Shown piece after piece: positions 1 to 17,189 of a stretch of DNA of 64,000 nucleotides. Every line of letters starts with the position of its first letter. The first letter of the stretch is position 1. The position numbers and the translations under genes are program-made. The notes under the pieces were generated by a model, which was given only the letters and a program-made list of their open reading frames with translations, did no database searches and was not told the origin of the DNA. The DNA is from Hormiphora californensis (taxonomy: Eukaryota > Animalia > Ctenophora): positions 8,494,001 through 8,558,000 of the forward strand of contig CM035353.1 in the NCBI GenBank assembly GCA_020137815.1. The letters are read 5' to 3'.

Positions 1-1009
1 TTATAAGTTTTAGCGGCAAAAACATCCTTGCTTTTTATAGCGGGCGGGGTGTATACATCTATGATTTATAATTCTCAGCCAGTTCGATTACCAACTACAT
101 TTCTTTTCTCAGCAGGGGTTTTTCTCTCCCTCTCTTTCTCTCTGCCCTGTCATGTCCCCTTCATTGACCCCTCACTTTTCCATAAGCCAGTACAGGATCA
201 TGTCTATTGATTGGGAACACACGACGGATTGACGCTGATTGGGAGGAAGTGTGTTACCACAAGTCACAATAGATTAGATCTCATCTTAACAAAAGCGAGA
301 CAGCAGCCACAGCAGGGACGGTTGAATCAGTCCCATGTTCACTGCAGCTGGTCTGGATATTGGATAACCACTTTTAGAGCTATATTTTCAATTTCAGGCC
401 ATATACCATGGTTATCGTATCATGTCCCAAATCGAAACAGCAGCATGGACGGTGGAATAATAACCCATATTTCAAAAAGATATTGGATAACCACTTTTAG
501 AGAAATTAAACACGTGGCTCCAAAAGTGGTTACCCTTGAGGCGATGGTTACCATGGTTACTGTATCATCATGTATACTGTATGTACACTGTAAAGTTTCG
601 AGGCCCCGCAAGACACCAGCAAAGTGGGAGGAAGTACGGGAGGTTCAAACACACACACTGTAAAGTTTCGTGTATATTCGGAAGAAAATGAACCTTCTGA
701 GCCGTCTGTTTCGGGGTCTTACTACCAGGGTCTAACAGGATCACACTAACACCACGCCCCTGCAGTATTATGTTACGGATCTACCAATTTGTTTCACACT
801 GTAACAACCCCAACTAATTGCTTATAAACCCACCTAGCTATGACGTTACACTGCTATACTCTTTACTTTATGTTCAAAGATTGGTATGAATAAGTAATTT
901 CAATCTATGAATGTAATCTAAAATGGATTGAAGGGGGTATTTACGTTTAACCATTTCATTTTCGACTCGACTCAGAGTTCAGACTCTCTTGACCCTGTGA
1001 TGAGAAAAA

Positions 1010-1077
1010 GGCAGAGATAGGGAGAGAGATAGAGCTGGAGATAGATAGAGAAAGAGCGAGAAGGAGAGAGAGAGAGA

Positions 1078-1120
<43 letters not shown>

Positions 1121-1460
1121 TAATATTAGATAGCATTATAGATAGAGATAGGGAGAGAGATGGAGAGATAGAGATGGAGATAGATAGAGATAAATAGAGA
1201 TAGAGATAGATAAGATACGAGATAGGAAAGATAGGAGAGATTTAGATAGAAGAGAGAGAATGGGGGGAGAGAAGAAGGAAATGAGGAGCGTTTAGGGATG
1301 AGTAGAGTTTAGAGATTTTTTAGTAATTATGTTATATAGAATTGAAGAGAGATAGATAAGAAGTAGAAAGATAAAGGGATAAAGGGAGGTAAAGAAAAAG
1401 TTTGATAAAGAAATTTAGATTGGTTAAGATGAAGGGGAAGAGGTAAGAGAGAGAGATCAA
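1010..1460. repeat. (GA)n / purine-rich low-complexity tract
   Basis: GA and GATA runs with AG-rich flanks. Confidence 0.9.
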
Positions 1461-1691
1461 ATGGGGCTAATTGTACAATATATAACAGTCTGTCTAGAAA
1501 GGATGTTGCTTCCTGAATGTCGCGGGTTACATGTGACCCATGCGCGGCTCTCCCTCGCTCTCCCATTGGGTGGGTAGAGAGTCACGTGACCAAGTTATGG
1601 TGGTATTGGTGGGCCCTTGGGCACGTGATGTCTGGTAAGGATGGCTAGTTTGGCACCCTCATATGGTCCACCCTTTAGAGGTAGATTACTA

Positions 1692-1729
<38 letters not shown>

Positions 1730-3296
1730 CCCCTCTCTCTCTCTCTCCCTCTTTTGCACACCATAAAATGGAGAGAAAGCTGGTGCTAAAAATAGCCCAC
1801 GCAGCTGCACCCGTTTACCCATAGGTAACTCTTCTTTGTAGAGACAGGGTCAGTGGTCACGGGGCAAGATTGGAGGAGGGCTGGGGGACTGGGATAAAAC
1901 TATAGGCTGGCCACATCAAATTACTACAAGCTAGAAAGTGGTCTAAAAAGGTTTCTCAATTCCTTTTGACAGACGGACAGCAGGGAGGATGATTTACAAC
2001 TACTTCAATACTATATTGGATTAAATTAACCAGTATCATGGTCATGGTCACAGTTTATCAGAAATACTATACTGGAAAACTGTCCATGTTACTGGATATG
2101 TGGCAAGACAGTAGCTGAACAAGACATCTAAGGATGTCTTCCCCAAACACTAACAAACTACTACTCATGTGTTACCATCATGTGTACTTCTCCCACGTAT
2201 ACCCAGCTGGACACATGGCGGATGTTTAGACAGGGCTCCTTATAACTACCTGCCCCTCTTTTTAAATAACCAGTGGAGGGATGTTTCTAAATCTGGCCCC
2301 ACTTCCGGTATTATCACAGTTTGTTTGTCTTATCCCCCCTCTCTCTCCAACTAACTACCCTCCCCAAATTCCCAAGATCTATAAACCATCTATAACGTGG
2401 CAAAGTGTGTTCCCGAGCTACTAAAATATATATTTTACTTTTTCTCCCAACAGCAGCTCTCCAGCGAAGAGCCCACAACGGGGCTGAGTCAGCCTCGAAG
2501 AAGCAGTTTGTTTACAGTGGAACTATAGGGTGAGGCCCCCATCCTCTACTACCGTCTACCATACATGAGCTGTATTATAGACTCCCTAATTGTTTTCTGT
2601 TAAAACACTCGTGTTTGTATTTGTAATTCCTGATCTATATAGTCTCCCTAGTCCCACCCAACATTTGTTAGAGGTGATTCACACACCCACTACATGTGAC
2701 ACGGAAAAGCCTGCAGTGCCCTAAGGGGGGTGGTGTGTGGTGATGCAACTACAGGATAGGTGCAGCAGCAGTGGCTGTCCCTCCCCTGACAGATTGCTCT
2801 TCCGTCTAGGGGTTGTTAGGACCGCGTCACGGGCTTGTTTAATAAGCTTCAGAGTAGATGAAACTAACAGATTTATAGAATTATTTCACAAATATAATAT
2901 CGAGATAGTAGTTACTAAACAGTAATATTTAGCTATTAAATAATACCAGATGAGTTAATGGTTTGTGAAGGTGTGACAGATCGTGAGAGAGTGCTCCTTC
3001 ATGACTCAAAGTGGCCCGTGAGACGAGGGATCACAGTATTATAGAACGGATAAAGAAAGGAATTTAGAAGGAGCTATAGAGAATTAATGAATACCAGGAT
3101 GTGATAGCTAGCTGAGTGATATAACCGAGTGCTCAATGCACAACAGACCTGGACCTGTCCGAACATTGACCTTACCCTACTATTCTCATTTCTGTTCTTT
3201 ACATGGAGCACGCGGGAACAGCGGTCTTAGTATTGGCCTGACAGTCCTGGAGTAAACGATCCTAAAGTACAACTCAAACCAAAAAGGCCTTCGCTT

Positions 3297-3470
3297 GGGT
3301 TTTGTAATATTTCCCATAGTTATAGCTAGCTTCACCCCCTGATAAGATAGACTTCGAATTTGGAGGTAAGGAAAACTGAAGAACATGATTTTCTTAACTT
3401 AAAATTTAAAGTCTTCCAATTTCATCAGGGGGTGGAGCTATCATGGTCGTGGGGAAGTATCAAAAACCCA
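3297..3470. mobile_element. Degenerate foldback/MITE remnant
   Basis: gggttttgtaatatttccc..agcttcaccccctgat..agacttcgaattt is an imperfect reverse complement of aaatttaaagtct..atcagggggtggagcta..gggaagtatcaaaaaccc. Confidence 0.55.
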
Positions 3471-5540
3471 AGGGTCTGGGTTTTACCACCTTACTTACAA
3501 ACAGGCAGAATTTAACCCAGAAGTCTAGATTATAAATATATTGTAAATAATGGGATCTATCCTATGTAATACCGAACTACAATGTGAAAAACAATAAACA
3601 TGCTCAATAAACGTGTTTCATTTAAACAATAAAGTGATTTGTATACTGCTACTCAAGTGTAATTTCTACACGTGCTCTCTATCTCTCACTCTATCTCACT
3701 CTTTCACACTTTTCATCTCTTCAGTCTTCATCAATATCATTACGTGTTCTCAAAACATTAAACTATTATTGGTGGTCGAGTGAGTAGGCCCGTGCAAAAT
3801 ATGTCTGACGCCTGATCTCTCGTGAACTAGGGGTTTGAGCTCCACTCTCGAGCCTCCTAATTAACCCAACCTTAACGAAAATGAACCAATGTTTGAATGA
3901 CTGCATTGCGAATGTGCGGGGGAAGATTTGGTTCTTTCGGTTTTTTAGCATGATGATAAATCCTAGTGATTTTACTTTTAAAGTCTTTACTAATCAAGTA
4001 AGAACAGTTACACTGAACACAATTGTAAACAAACATACGACTTCCACAAACACTAACAATGGCGAGACAGGGCACAGAGAGAGTGAGTGGGAAAGAGAGA
4101 TAGGCAGAGAGAGAGAGAGAGAGAGAGAGTGAGAGGGAGACAGACAGACAGAGATGAGAAAGAGAGAAAGTAAAAGAGATAGAGATACTGGGGTAGTCAG
4201 ATACAGGGATAGTCAGATACAGGACATCAGAGAATAGCGCCACTCCGATAGTAATACAGTTGACAAAGTATAATAGCCTCAACGGGCCTGGTAACAGACA
4301 GCCTGCTGCAGGTACAGCTGTGCAATTGTGATATTGTGATAATGAGTGGGTTGTCCTATAAAATCAGGACCGACTAGATCGGAGCGAATTACAAACATCA
4401 TCTACCAAAACCTAGATGTACTACTGCAAACTATACATAGGCGTGTAATAATGCAACTCATGTTCAAATCGAATAGACACAATACCTACACAGGTTGTTG
4501 CCAAAAAACTAACCGTATACAAAACAACAGAAGATTTGGTGAACAGTGAACCTGGTTCAAGCATTTTAATATAACATCGTGTATTCATTATAATAGGTAC
4601 CTACCTATCGTGTATTGAATATATCGTTACCTGGGGATTGTTGAAGGCCATCCCTTTCAGTAGGGCTACTCGTGACAGGGCTGCTCGTGACAGGGCTGGT
4701 GGTAGTCTTTAGAAGGAGCTCTTTTACCACAGTCACTGGAAAAGTACAATGTACTTATCATGTGCTTATGTACATGAAGAAAGTGCAACACAGTGACACA
4801 ACACAAGGCAATCAGAGAGCGGCAGAAATGTACTGCCATCGAGTTATCTCTATTGCGCGCCACAACTGCACGTGCATTCTGATCAGAATCTGGATCAGAT
4901 CTGATTGCGCTGACAAGGGACTTCAACATTCTGATCGGTCCACTGGATCAGTTCGCGCTGTGATATTGAGCACTCATATCACTCCATATCATTATCAGGT
5001 TTCGGGCCGGGCGTTGGTTACGAAGTCACCCCTGTTATTATATTGCTCCGTGAGCTATTATAACCCGAAGGGTAATTTCATTACCAAGGCCGGGCGACTG
5101 TTTGCCCAAACTTCTTTACCTAGATCAGTGGTGGAGGGTGCCACCACCAGTGTGGGCTCATTGTACGATAACGTCATGACAGTTACAACTGAGAGTGTGT
5201 TATCAATTTAGCAGCCTCAAACAGGTTGAAGTTTATTGCAATTAGCAAACAACAATCAGGCAAAATAAAATCAGGCGATCAGTAGCAAGACTAAGAGGCT
5301 ACAATTGTGCAGTTGAAGTTGGATTTTAGAGGAGTCCCTGCAATCACTGAGCTGAAGGGACTAATAATTGTAAACATGGAATGGGCTCCTGGTGATTATC
5401 TCTGTATGAAGAGAGAATGAAAGAGAAGGCATGATGAGTTACGGGCCCTAATCAGCTTGAAGGGTACACGCGTAGTCATTACACAACAATCACGTGGTGC
5501 TATTACCCCGTCTTTACCCATGTCGGAGAGTGAATAGAAG

Positions 5541-5789
<249 letters not shown>

Positions 5790-5972
5790 GAGGGGGCTGT
5801 AGCGAAACAAGCACTAAGAGATTATGAGTAGAAATTCGGTACTCGGTACATATTTGAAAGATAATGAGGATAATAATAAATGGTAAATAAAACCGTTTTT
5901 AAACAAAAAAGATAGAAAAATATTTATTTTTCCATGTCCTTTTTGCAGTATATATTTCCATCTCTCTCTCTC

Positions 5973-6758
5973 TCACTCCTCCCAGCACATCAACCTGTTT
6001 CTCAGCCTGGCAGGATTCCTTCCGACTAGTGCCACGTCAGTAACATCGATCCCCTCACACCCATGAAGAGTCCCAACAAGAGCCCCATTGAGGAACACTT
6101 CAGACTGGTTCACAGTGATGACAGGGGTAACCTGGGTACCCTCCAGGTCCACTGTCCATCTCTCCTTATTCCCGGTACAGCTCGTCATGTCAATACTCAA
6201 CTGGAGAGAGAGGATAGTGGAATTACTATGGAGTTTGGGCGAATATTGAATAGCTTTCCTGTGCAGGATCTGTTTATTATCATCCTCCAGAAACAGCAAT
6301 CAAAAACAAACAATTACACACCGATGGTGTTGCTCCGAGTCCTACTCCCACTTCCAGTGTGTAAATCTCGATAAACCCCCAATCAGCTAGCAGGTAGATC
6401 ACTCCAAGACTGCCCTTTCTTGAGGTACCATGTTGACGCAGACTGATCGGCCGATACCTAAAGGACAAGAATAGTACTTGAACGTACAATAATTAATGAT
6501 ATTATTAACTCAAACTGTCATTAACAAGTTGGTATTAAACCTGACGTTGTTCTAATCCTCCTTTACATTCGTAAAAGAGGTTTCGCCTTGCGGGGCGCGG
6601 GAAATAGGGTCGATCAATGCAAACCTGACAGTAAACTCGTTGGGTGTATCCAGGGTGGTTGCACAATCAACTGAATCCTTGCACACAGGGTACCTCTTAG
6701 TACATCCCTCTACCATTACAGCTGATACTGCCAGGATAACCAGAGCACCTAACATCAT
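5973..6758 (-). CDS. Small secreted protein of unknown function, ~3 exons (internal splice junctions uncertain)
   Basis: ATG at 6758 is followed by signal peptide MMLGALVILAVSAVMVEG and Cys-containing sequence. AG|gtttgc donor joins in frame to tttag|G (RYRPISLRQ...). The last exon ends ...RNRLMCWEE* at 5973. Acceptor cccag lies 3 nt upstream of the ATG. Confidence 0.55.
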
Positions 6759-7475
6759 ACTCTGGGAGCGGGCTGGTTGTTATTTTATGTCTCACCGACT
6801 CTTTCTCGTGCGCTTCGAGCGGAGCGAGTAGAATGGTCAGGCATCGCGCTGACAGAAGTGAGTTTAGATTTAGTTAGACAGTTTTTGGTATCGTTAGATT
6901 GTTTGGTGGGACGGAATTGTGAAGAGGACTATTGATCCTTAAAGTTATTGGTACAGCAGCATCAAGCGTGTTTATAGGATACGTTTAACAAATTAAGCAA
7001 CACAAAATTTAAATCGCAGTATCAGTGATACGTCGGTTGATTTCATAAATTAATACAGCATAGAATAAGCTAACACACGTTCATTGACCCCTAATTATTT
7101 TTGTTCAAACAGATCAGAGAGAGGGTCGAAAAAGGCAAATTATCCCTAATTGTATTTTGTTCAAACAGATCAGAGAGAGGGTCGATTCGAACAACATACA
7201 CGTACTGCAATGATCCCTCTCATTTAACATCTCAGAGTTAATACTATTTAGCTGCCGCAACACAAGATAGTTGAGCTTTATACTATCAGGTGTCGAATGA
7301 GTAACTCAATAAAGATCAGGAACTTAAATAAAGGGCCAGTCCTTGAGTCGCGTGACACTGTTTTAGATAAACAAAGTATGGACAGTCAGTCCATCAAAAC
7401 ATGACGGTGACACTACAAGTTCCCGTCTCCCAGTTTACCGAAATCTTAACTTCTATTTGTAGTAATTTAATGACC

Positions 7476-7858
7476 TACCTTACTTACTGTAAATCAGCGA
7501 ACCTAAAATTAAGAATATGGCCAAAAAATATTCTTAATTTTGTTATTCTTAATTTTAGAGTTCCTTATTTTTCTACAATCTGATGAGGGAAAGCGTATCA
7601 TGGAGAGTGGCTAGAGAGCATCTGGCATCATTGATGCGTTGAAGAGTGCACGTAGTGACAGTGTTGTAAATGATTTAGTTGACCCCTTTGCTTCAATCAA
7701 TGACAATTTGAAACAAGTATGGATTGTGTTTTAGCTGATTTTAGCCCTTTAATCCAAATTTTGATTATATTCTTCGCTAGAAAATTTATTCTTAATTATG
7801 TTATTCTTAATTTTAGAAGCGATAATTAACGGTTCGCTGATTTACAGTAAGTAAGGTA
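7476..7858. mobile_element. MITE with 28-bp terminal inverted repeats
   Basis: taccttacttactgtaaatcagcgaacc (7476-7503) and ggttcgctgatttacagtaagtaaggta (7831-7858). Internal ttattcttaatt repeats. Confidence 0.8.
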
Positions 7859-8006
7859 CTCTCAGGCTCAGTAGGATTTGGTTCAAGTTATCATCGCTTG
7901 AAGCTGGATTAAGTGATGAGGATCAGCTGTCTGGCGCCGCTAGATAGAGGATAAGAGACTTGTACTGGCTCAGAGGTATATATGCAGGTATGTATCTCTC
8001 TATCCC

Positions 8007-8640
8007 TCTGTCTCTGTCTCTGTCTCTGTCTCTGTCTCTGTCTCTGTCTCTGTCTCTGTCTCTGTCTCTGTCTCTGTCTCTGTCTCTGTCTCTGTCTCTG
8101 TCTCTGTCTCTGTCTCTGTCTCTGTCTCTGTCTCTGTCTCTGTCTCTGTCTCTGTCTCTGTCTCTGTCTCTGTCTCTGTCTCTGTCTCTGTCTCTGTCTC
8201 TGTCTCTCTGTCTCTCTGTCTCTCTGTCTCTCTGTCTCTCTGTCTCTCTGTCTCTCTGTCTCTCTGTCTCTCTGTCTCTCTGTCTCTCTGTCTCTCTGTC
8301 TCTCTGTCTCTCTGTCTCTCTGTCTCTCTGTCTCTCTGTCTCTCTGTCTCTCTGTCTCTCTGTCTCTCTGTCTCTCTGTCTCTCTGTCTCTCTGTCTCTC
8401 TGTCTCTCTGTCTCTCTGTCTCTCTGTCTCTCTGTCTCTCTGTCTCTCTGTCGCTCTGTCGCTCTGTCTCTCTGTCTCTCTGTCTCTCTGTCTCTCTGTC
8501 TCTCTGTCTCTCTGTCTCTCTGTCTCTCTGTCTCTCTGTCTCTCTGTCTCTCTGTCTCTCTGTCTCTCTGTCTCTCTGTCTCTCTGTCTCTGTGCCTCTC
8601 TGTGCCTCTCTGTGCCTCTCTGTCTCTGTGCCTGATCTGT
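8007..8640. repeat. Compound microsatellite (TCTCTG)n changing to (TCTCTCTG)n
   Basis: A hexamer block switches to an octamer block at ~8205. Confidence 0.97.
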
Positions 8641-9959
8641 GTCTCTGTGCCTCTCTCTATCTCACTCCCCCTCTCTCTCCCCCTCTCTCTCACCCTCTTT
8701 CTCACCCTCTTTCTCACCCTCTTCACCCTTTCTCTCCTAGCCTCTCTCTATACTTCTCTGCTCTGTCACTTCAATATTTTAACTAGTTAATTAATGTCCC
8801 ACTCCCAGAAGCAGTACAGTGTACTCCCAGTTCTAACATTTTATTCTCATAATGCCTTCGGTCATGGTTCATATTCACACATGCTGCATCTTCACACACG
8901 TTCATTTTAACACTTCATCCCTTCATATCCTGTTCATGATTCAACAGATGATCCACATGTTGCAAGGTGTTGCAAAGTCAACAACGGTTCAGCAGTATTA
9001 TGGCATAGTGGCATGCAGCTGTGATTTGTTTGGCATAGGAAATACGTTATACCCTAGTGCTTGAGCAGCTGCTGTCTTTGCAGACTTGGAGCATTTCAAA
9101 AACACGGCTACTGCAGCTAGGGACTGGTATTATAGATAGATAGTAGAAATATCGTGACCCATTATATTTAGTTCTAATTTCCACCATTTTTTGGAGACAT
9201 GATATCTCTGAGATAACATGTGAAGTTTGAGAAATAGAAGGAGGTCTAACGCCAGAACCACGTACTATATTTCGTTCTTTGTGTCTCTGACGCCGTACAC
9301 ACGTACAACTACCCACGTACAACTACCCACGTACAACTACACACTTGACACGTACACCTTGACATCCGAGGACAGATCAAGTGTCCGGATGTCAGTAAGA
9401 TATCTCATATTGCACTGGATATATCTCCCTGAGCTTATCAGTATATAACTAAAAGGGCAGTTGCCGCGTCTCTCGCTTTATTTTGTTCTGTTTGTGATAC
9501 TGCTTTTCATTGCAGTAGGTGACCTCAAGTCGCGTGGCGCTGTCGTCTTCTTATCTTACAATAACTTATGCTCCTTCGTAATAAATTCAGACTTTGTAAC
9601 ATTTCATAGGCTTCCTAGCTTGTTCTCTACCCCTTACTAAACAATTCATAGCTTGTTTGGCTTGTGATAATAGTACCCCCTGAGATAAAGTAAGTGTCGC
9701 TAATTCATTTTTACTTTCCCCCCACTCGCAGGCAGGCTTAGAGAAACCGTTATCGAAAACTGGCAGAAAGAGAGAAAAAGAGAGAGAGAGAACGAGAGAG
9801 AGAAAGAGATATAAAAGGAAGGAAATAGAAGTTCTTCTCGTCAAGATGGGCGACCTGTTATTTTTTGGAAGGCGAGCTTATCTATTGTATCGCGTGATTT
9901 TATGTGATGACCTTTCTACTTCTGCCTCCTTTCCCATTTTTGTCTCAACAGCTTTCTCC

Positions 9960-9990
<31 letters not shown>

Positions 9991-10071
9991 CCCCCCCCTT
10001 TCTAGCTCACTTCAGGGTCAACTTGTTTGTGTTGCGAGTTAGCAAGGGTTGTTTGCGATCCAGAAGGCACC

Positions 10072-13656
<3,585 letters not shown>

Positions 13657-14051
13657 CATTATAGAGACAATTTAGATAAACTGATCTGTTGTTGTTGTTT
13701 TTTTTAATACAGACCAAATTAAGTTCTTTTTAAAGCGAAAACTGGCAATTTTGTAATTACATGTTTATGTGACAGATTAAAAGGAGAAAGATAGAGATAG
13801 AGAGAGAGACTCCGGGAAAAAAACAAATTATTATTTTGACACACGTCTACAGACTGTGTTCAAGTGTCTAACAGTGATCAAGTCTGCGCTGCAGAAAACT
13901 GGTGTGTGCACTATTTTAATTTATATCTCTAGTTCCATGTCAAGACATGGCTTCTGCCGCAGATCGCACAACCACGTCGTGACATCAAAAACTGTGAGAG
14001 CAGAGCTGGAGCGAGAGAGAGAGAGTGCGAGGAATCATTTTTAGTCCGGAA

Positions 14052-15091
14052 TCACTTCTGTCCTCCTCGAGAATTCTTTAACGATCGAGCCTGAAAAGAC
14101 AATTTAAATGTTAGAGTGAATTGCCGGCAATCTCACAGGCTATTAATATTTTGTGTTTGGGTCAGGTTCGAGACCAACCTGGCCCGGGAATTCTTTGTGT
14201 TGTTGTACTATTATGTTCAATATGTTCATTGCTATATTGTGCACTGAGCTGTTATGTATGGTCTCATTATTAATTAAACGTTTGTTACCTGTTTGTTCGC
14301 TTATATGTATAATGATACTACAGGTATAATGTTGATTTGGACTAATATGAGATTATGCAGCTCACACTATGAGGGTTCGGTAGAGCGATCTGTGAGGGTT
14401 CGGTAGATCAAGTATGAAGACGATAATTGTGGAAGCTGTATTATTATACTGACCCAGATGAATATTGTAATAATATTCACTCACACAACACCCGGACACT
14501 CACATGAATAGATCGCTTTACTCTGAATGTTCCCTCTTCCACCTCGCTATCGAACAGATTCACTCCTGAGAGGGGAGGGAGGGTTTTAAAGAGGGAGGTG
14601 AAAAGGGGGAGGGTTGTCGAAAGGGGGGGGGGCCGATGTTGAAAAGAGGGGAGGTGGAGTGTTGAAAAGGGGGAGTAGAAAAAGGGGGATGGAATAAAAG
14701 GTGGGGAATTGAAAAGAAGGAGTAGAATGTAAAAAGGGAGGGGAGTTTAACTGACCGTGCCCAACTTCATCTTTGTTATCCTCCTCGCTGAGTCCGCTCT
14801 TCTGGAAGGGGTCCTGGATCCCTGAGTGGGGAGCTAACGTTGTATGTTCAGTGTTTATATAGGAAGTCATTGGGAAATTGTATTGGCTGCAGGGGGAACT
14901 AATTGTCTAACGCGCCCTAATTATTACATTATGCTATGGCGCTAATTACTGCTTAATTATGCAGTTCGTTAGTAACGGCCCCGATATTATTCTGATGTGT
15001 TCACTATAACAATTGTAATACCATTATACTCACATATTTGGGCGTGAACGTAAACCAAGCAAAGAGTAAGGGCAATCGTCAATCGAAGCAT
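14052..15091 (-). CDS. Putative secreted peptide (neuropeptide-like) precursor; core exons 15091-15034, 14821-14756, 14565-14504, 14090-14052 (74 aa); extra micro-exons possible
   Basis: Spliced product MLRLTIALTLCLVYVHA-QIWIQDPFQKSGLSEEDNKDEVGHGVNLFDSEVEEGTF-RVKR-SIHARSLKNSRGGQK*. Strong donors (gtgagt, gtcagt, gtgagt) and pyrimidine-rich cag acceptors, all phase-compatible. Signal peptide, acidic pro-region and furin site. Confidence 0.72.
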
Positions 15092-17189
15092 AACTTGAAA
15101 TGTATCCCTTTTACTTGGTAACCTTCTATTAATTTCACTAAATTGGGAAATTAAAATGTTAGCAAGTCAGATACATGTATGTAGAGAAACGTAACAGCAT
15201 AGAAGATACTGGTAAATAATAAAGCTACAAAGTTTGTCAAATTACAATAACATATGAAGACAATTATATATCGGCACCTCCTTTATGTGTGGAGGGGTGG
15301 GGTGGGAAGCGGAGGGAGTGGGGGAGGGGTCAGCTGTATATAATTCATGTTACAGATCATGGCTATAGAAATGACTTGTTGTACCTAGATAGTTCTCAAA
15401 TTGAGTAGCATTACATCCCACTCCTCTCTCCCCCATCTATATCTTCCTCTCTCCCTCTATATTTTGATCTTATGTGTGTAATTCTATTGAAGACTCTGTA
15501 CAAGTCCATGCTATAAAAAGTGGGCGGGTCACTTTTGGAGCGTTCTTAACTATTTATAGAGGCAGGAAGAAGGATTTATGGACCTTGTTGGTCTGGATAA
15601 TTGAATTCAGCTAGTACGGGGTTCCCATGGCTGTAAAAACCACCCAAATCTATCTTCTAAGTCGAGTATTTTGTACCTTTCAAGTCAGGGAGTGAAATCT
15701 TGAAAAAACCAATACAAATACGGGCTATAAGCAATATAAATTCGTAGATTTTCTGCTCCGAAGAAATTTCAGGAGTTTTCATCCTATACTATGGATCTAA
15801 TTCAGAAGCTAAACTTTTATAGATGCAAGCTCTTAATTCTGTAGATTCAAGCTATTAATTCCCAGCTAGCTTTCTTGTTTATGAATTACTAAGATTTCAC
15901 AATATAACAATCAGGGCGATTGCTATAGCAATATATATATACTAGCTGAACTATATGACAAAACAAAAAGTTGGGTACATGGGTATAGCGCTACTGCGGT
16001 TTCTATCTTTCTCTCTTTTCTATCTATCTTTCTCTCTTTTTATCTTTCTCTCTCTCAACCTCTCTCTCTTTCTCTCTCTTCCTTGTTGTGTCTCCATCTC
16101 TCTCTCTAATCTCTCAACCTCTATCTTTGAGAGCCAAGTTAGTTATCAACAGCTCCAAGCTAACACAGCAATGCTGTTAAGTGAAGCCTAGTGGTCTTTT
16201 ATCGTGTGTTTATTGTTGACAACTATAACGACGCGTGACTAATATATTATAACGCGTCCATAACTGGAGAGGGAGGGGGAAATAAAGACGGATTCCGCGG
16301 AACACGAGCTAAAGTGGGAAACCGCTAACTGACATTTGATGTGGCGGATACTTAAGTTTTCATGAGCTAACGAGGCAAGGAAAGTGCGTTTTAAAGAAGG
16401 CAGAACAGTAAGAGAGATAGTAGTTAGAAGGAAACGTATTATTGAGTTAAAGTAGCCCGTTTGAGCATCACATACCGATCATCGTCTTCTCTCACAATGC
16501 AATCATATACCGCCAGCTGCTGCATAATACCACCGCATGAGTTAACAACTAAAAAGCTTCCATGTGCAGTGCGCTACAACAAAACACGCCGGCTCTCTAA
16601 AATGCTTCCCTCTACTATAATAGAGGCTTTAGATCTTAAGAGCAGCAAGTCTGAAAATGCGACATAGGTAAAGTTCCCCAAAGTATTTGAGACCAATTAT
16701 CTTCCTTCACTCTGTATAAATACTACATTACAGAGTCCAATAGGTTATCAGAGATGAACCAATGGGAGACATCTCAGGAGGCATAGAGGGGTTTTTTTCA
16801 ACAAGACCCGTTTGTGGTTTCATTTCCGGTTGTCTTGTTGAAAAACCACAGAGCATTGGAGATGTAAATTGAGACATCGAATGCCAACGCAGACGATTTC
16901 TGGGCAATTACCTCGACTTACTTGCGAACTACGTCAACCAAGTTCTAAAAAGAGATGCTCTTTTTCAAACCTGGTTGGTTAGAGCGTGGGGAGAAGCACT
17001 TTATGTGTTACGAAGATATCAGTTGGTTAGAGAACTAAGAGAACTAAGAGAACTACATAGTGGATGAAATCACCCGGAAAGTCTTCGGAATAACCTAGCT
17101 TTAGCATTCCGTGTTTAGAAATGACATCAGAGTTAGAATTAAAAGAAAAACAATAAATAAACTTATCATTTGAATGAAAATGTGAAATG

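Noticed and set aside
1970-2360. Exon-like, protein-like sequence after ttttgacag
   Set aside because: The frames I read are interrupted by stops and no family is recognisable.
8840-9230. Possible small minus-strand gene with AATAAA, or a LINE zinc-finger relic
   Set aside because: Several short, incompatible frames; no consistent model.
16460-17070. Protein-like frames between the peptide gene and the sulfatase
   Set aside because: No start or splice support and no recognisable motif.
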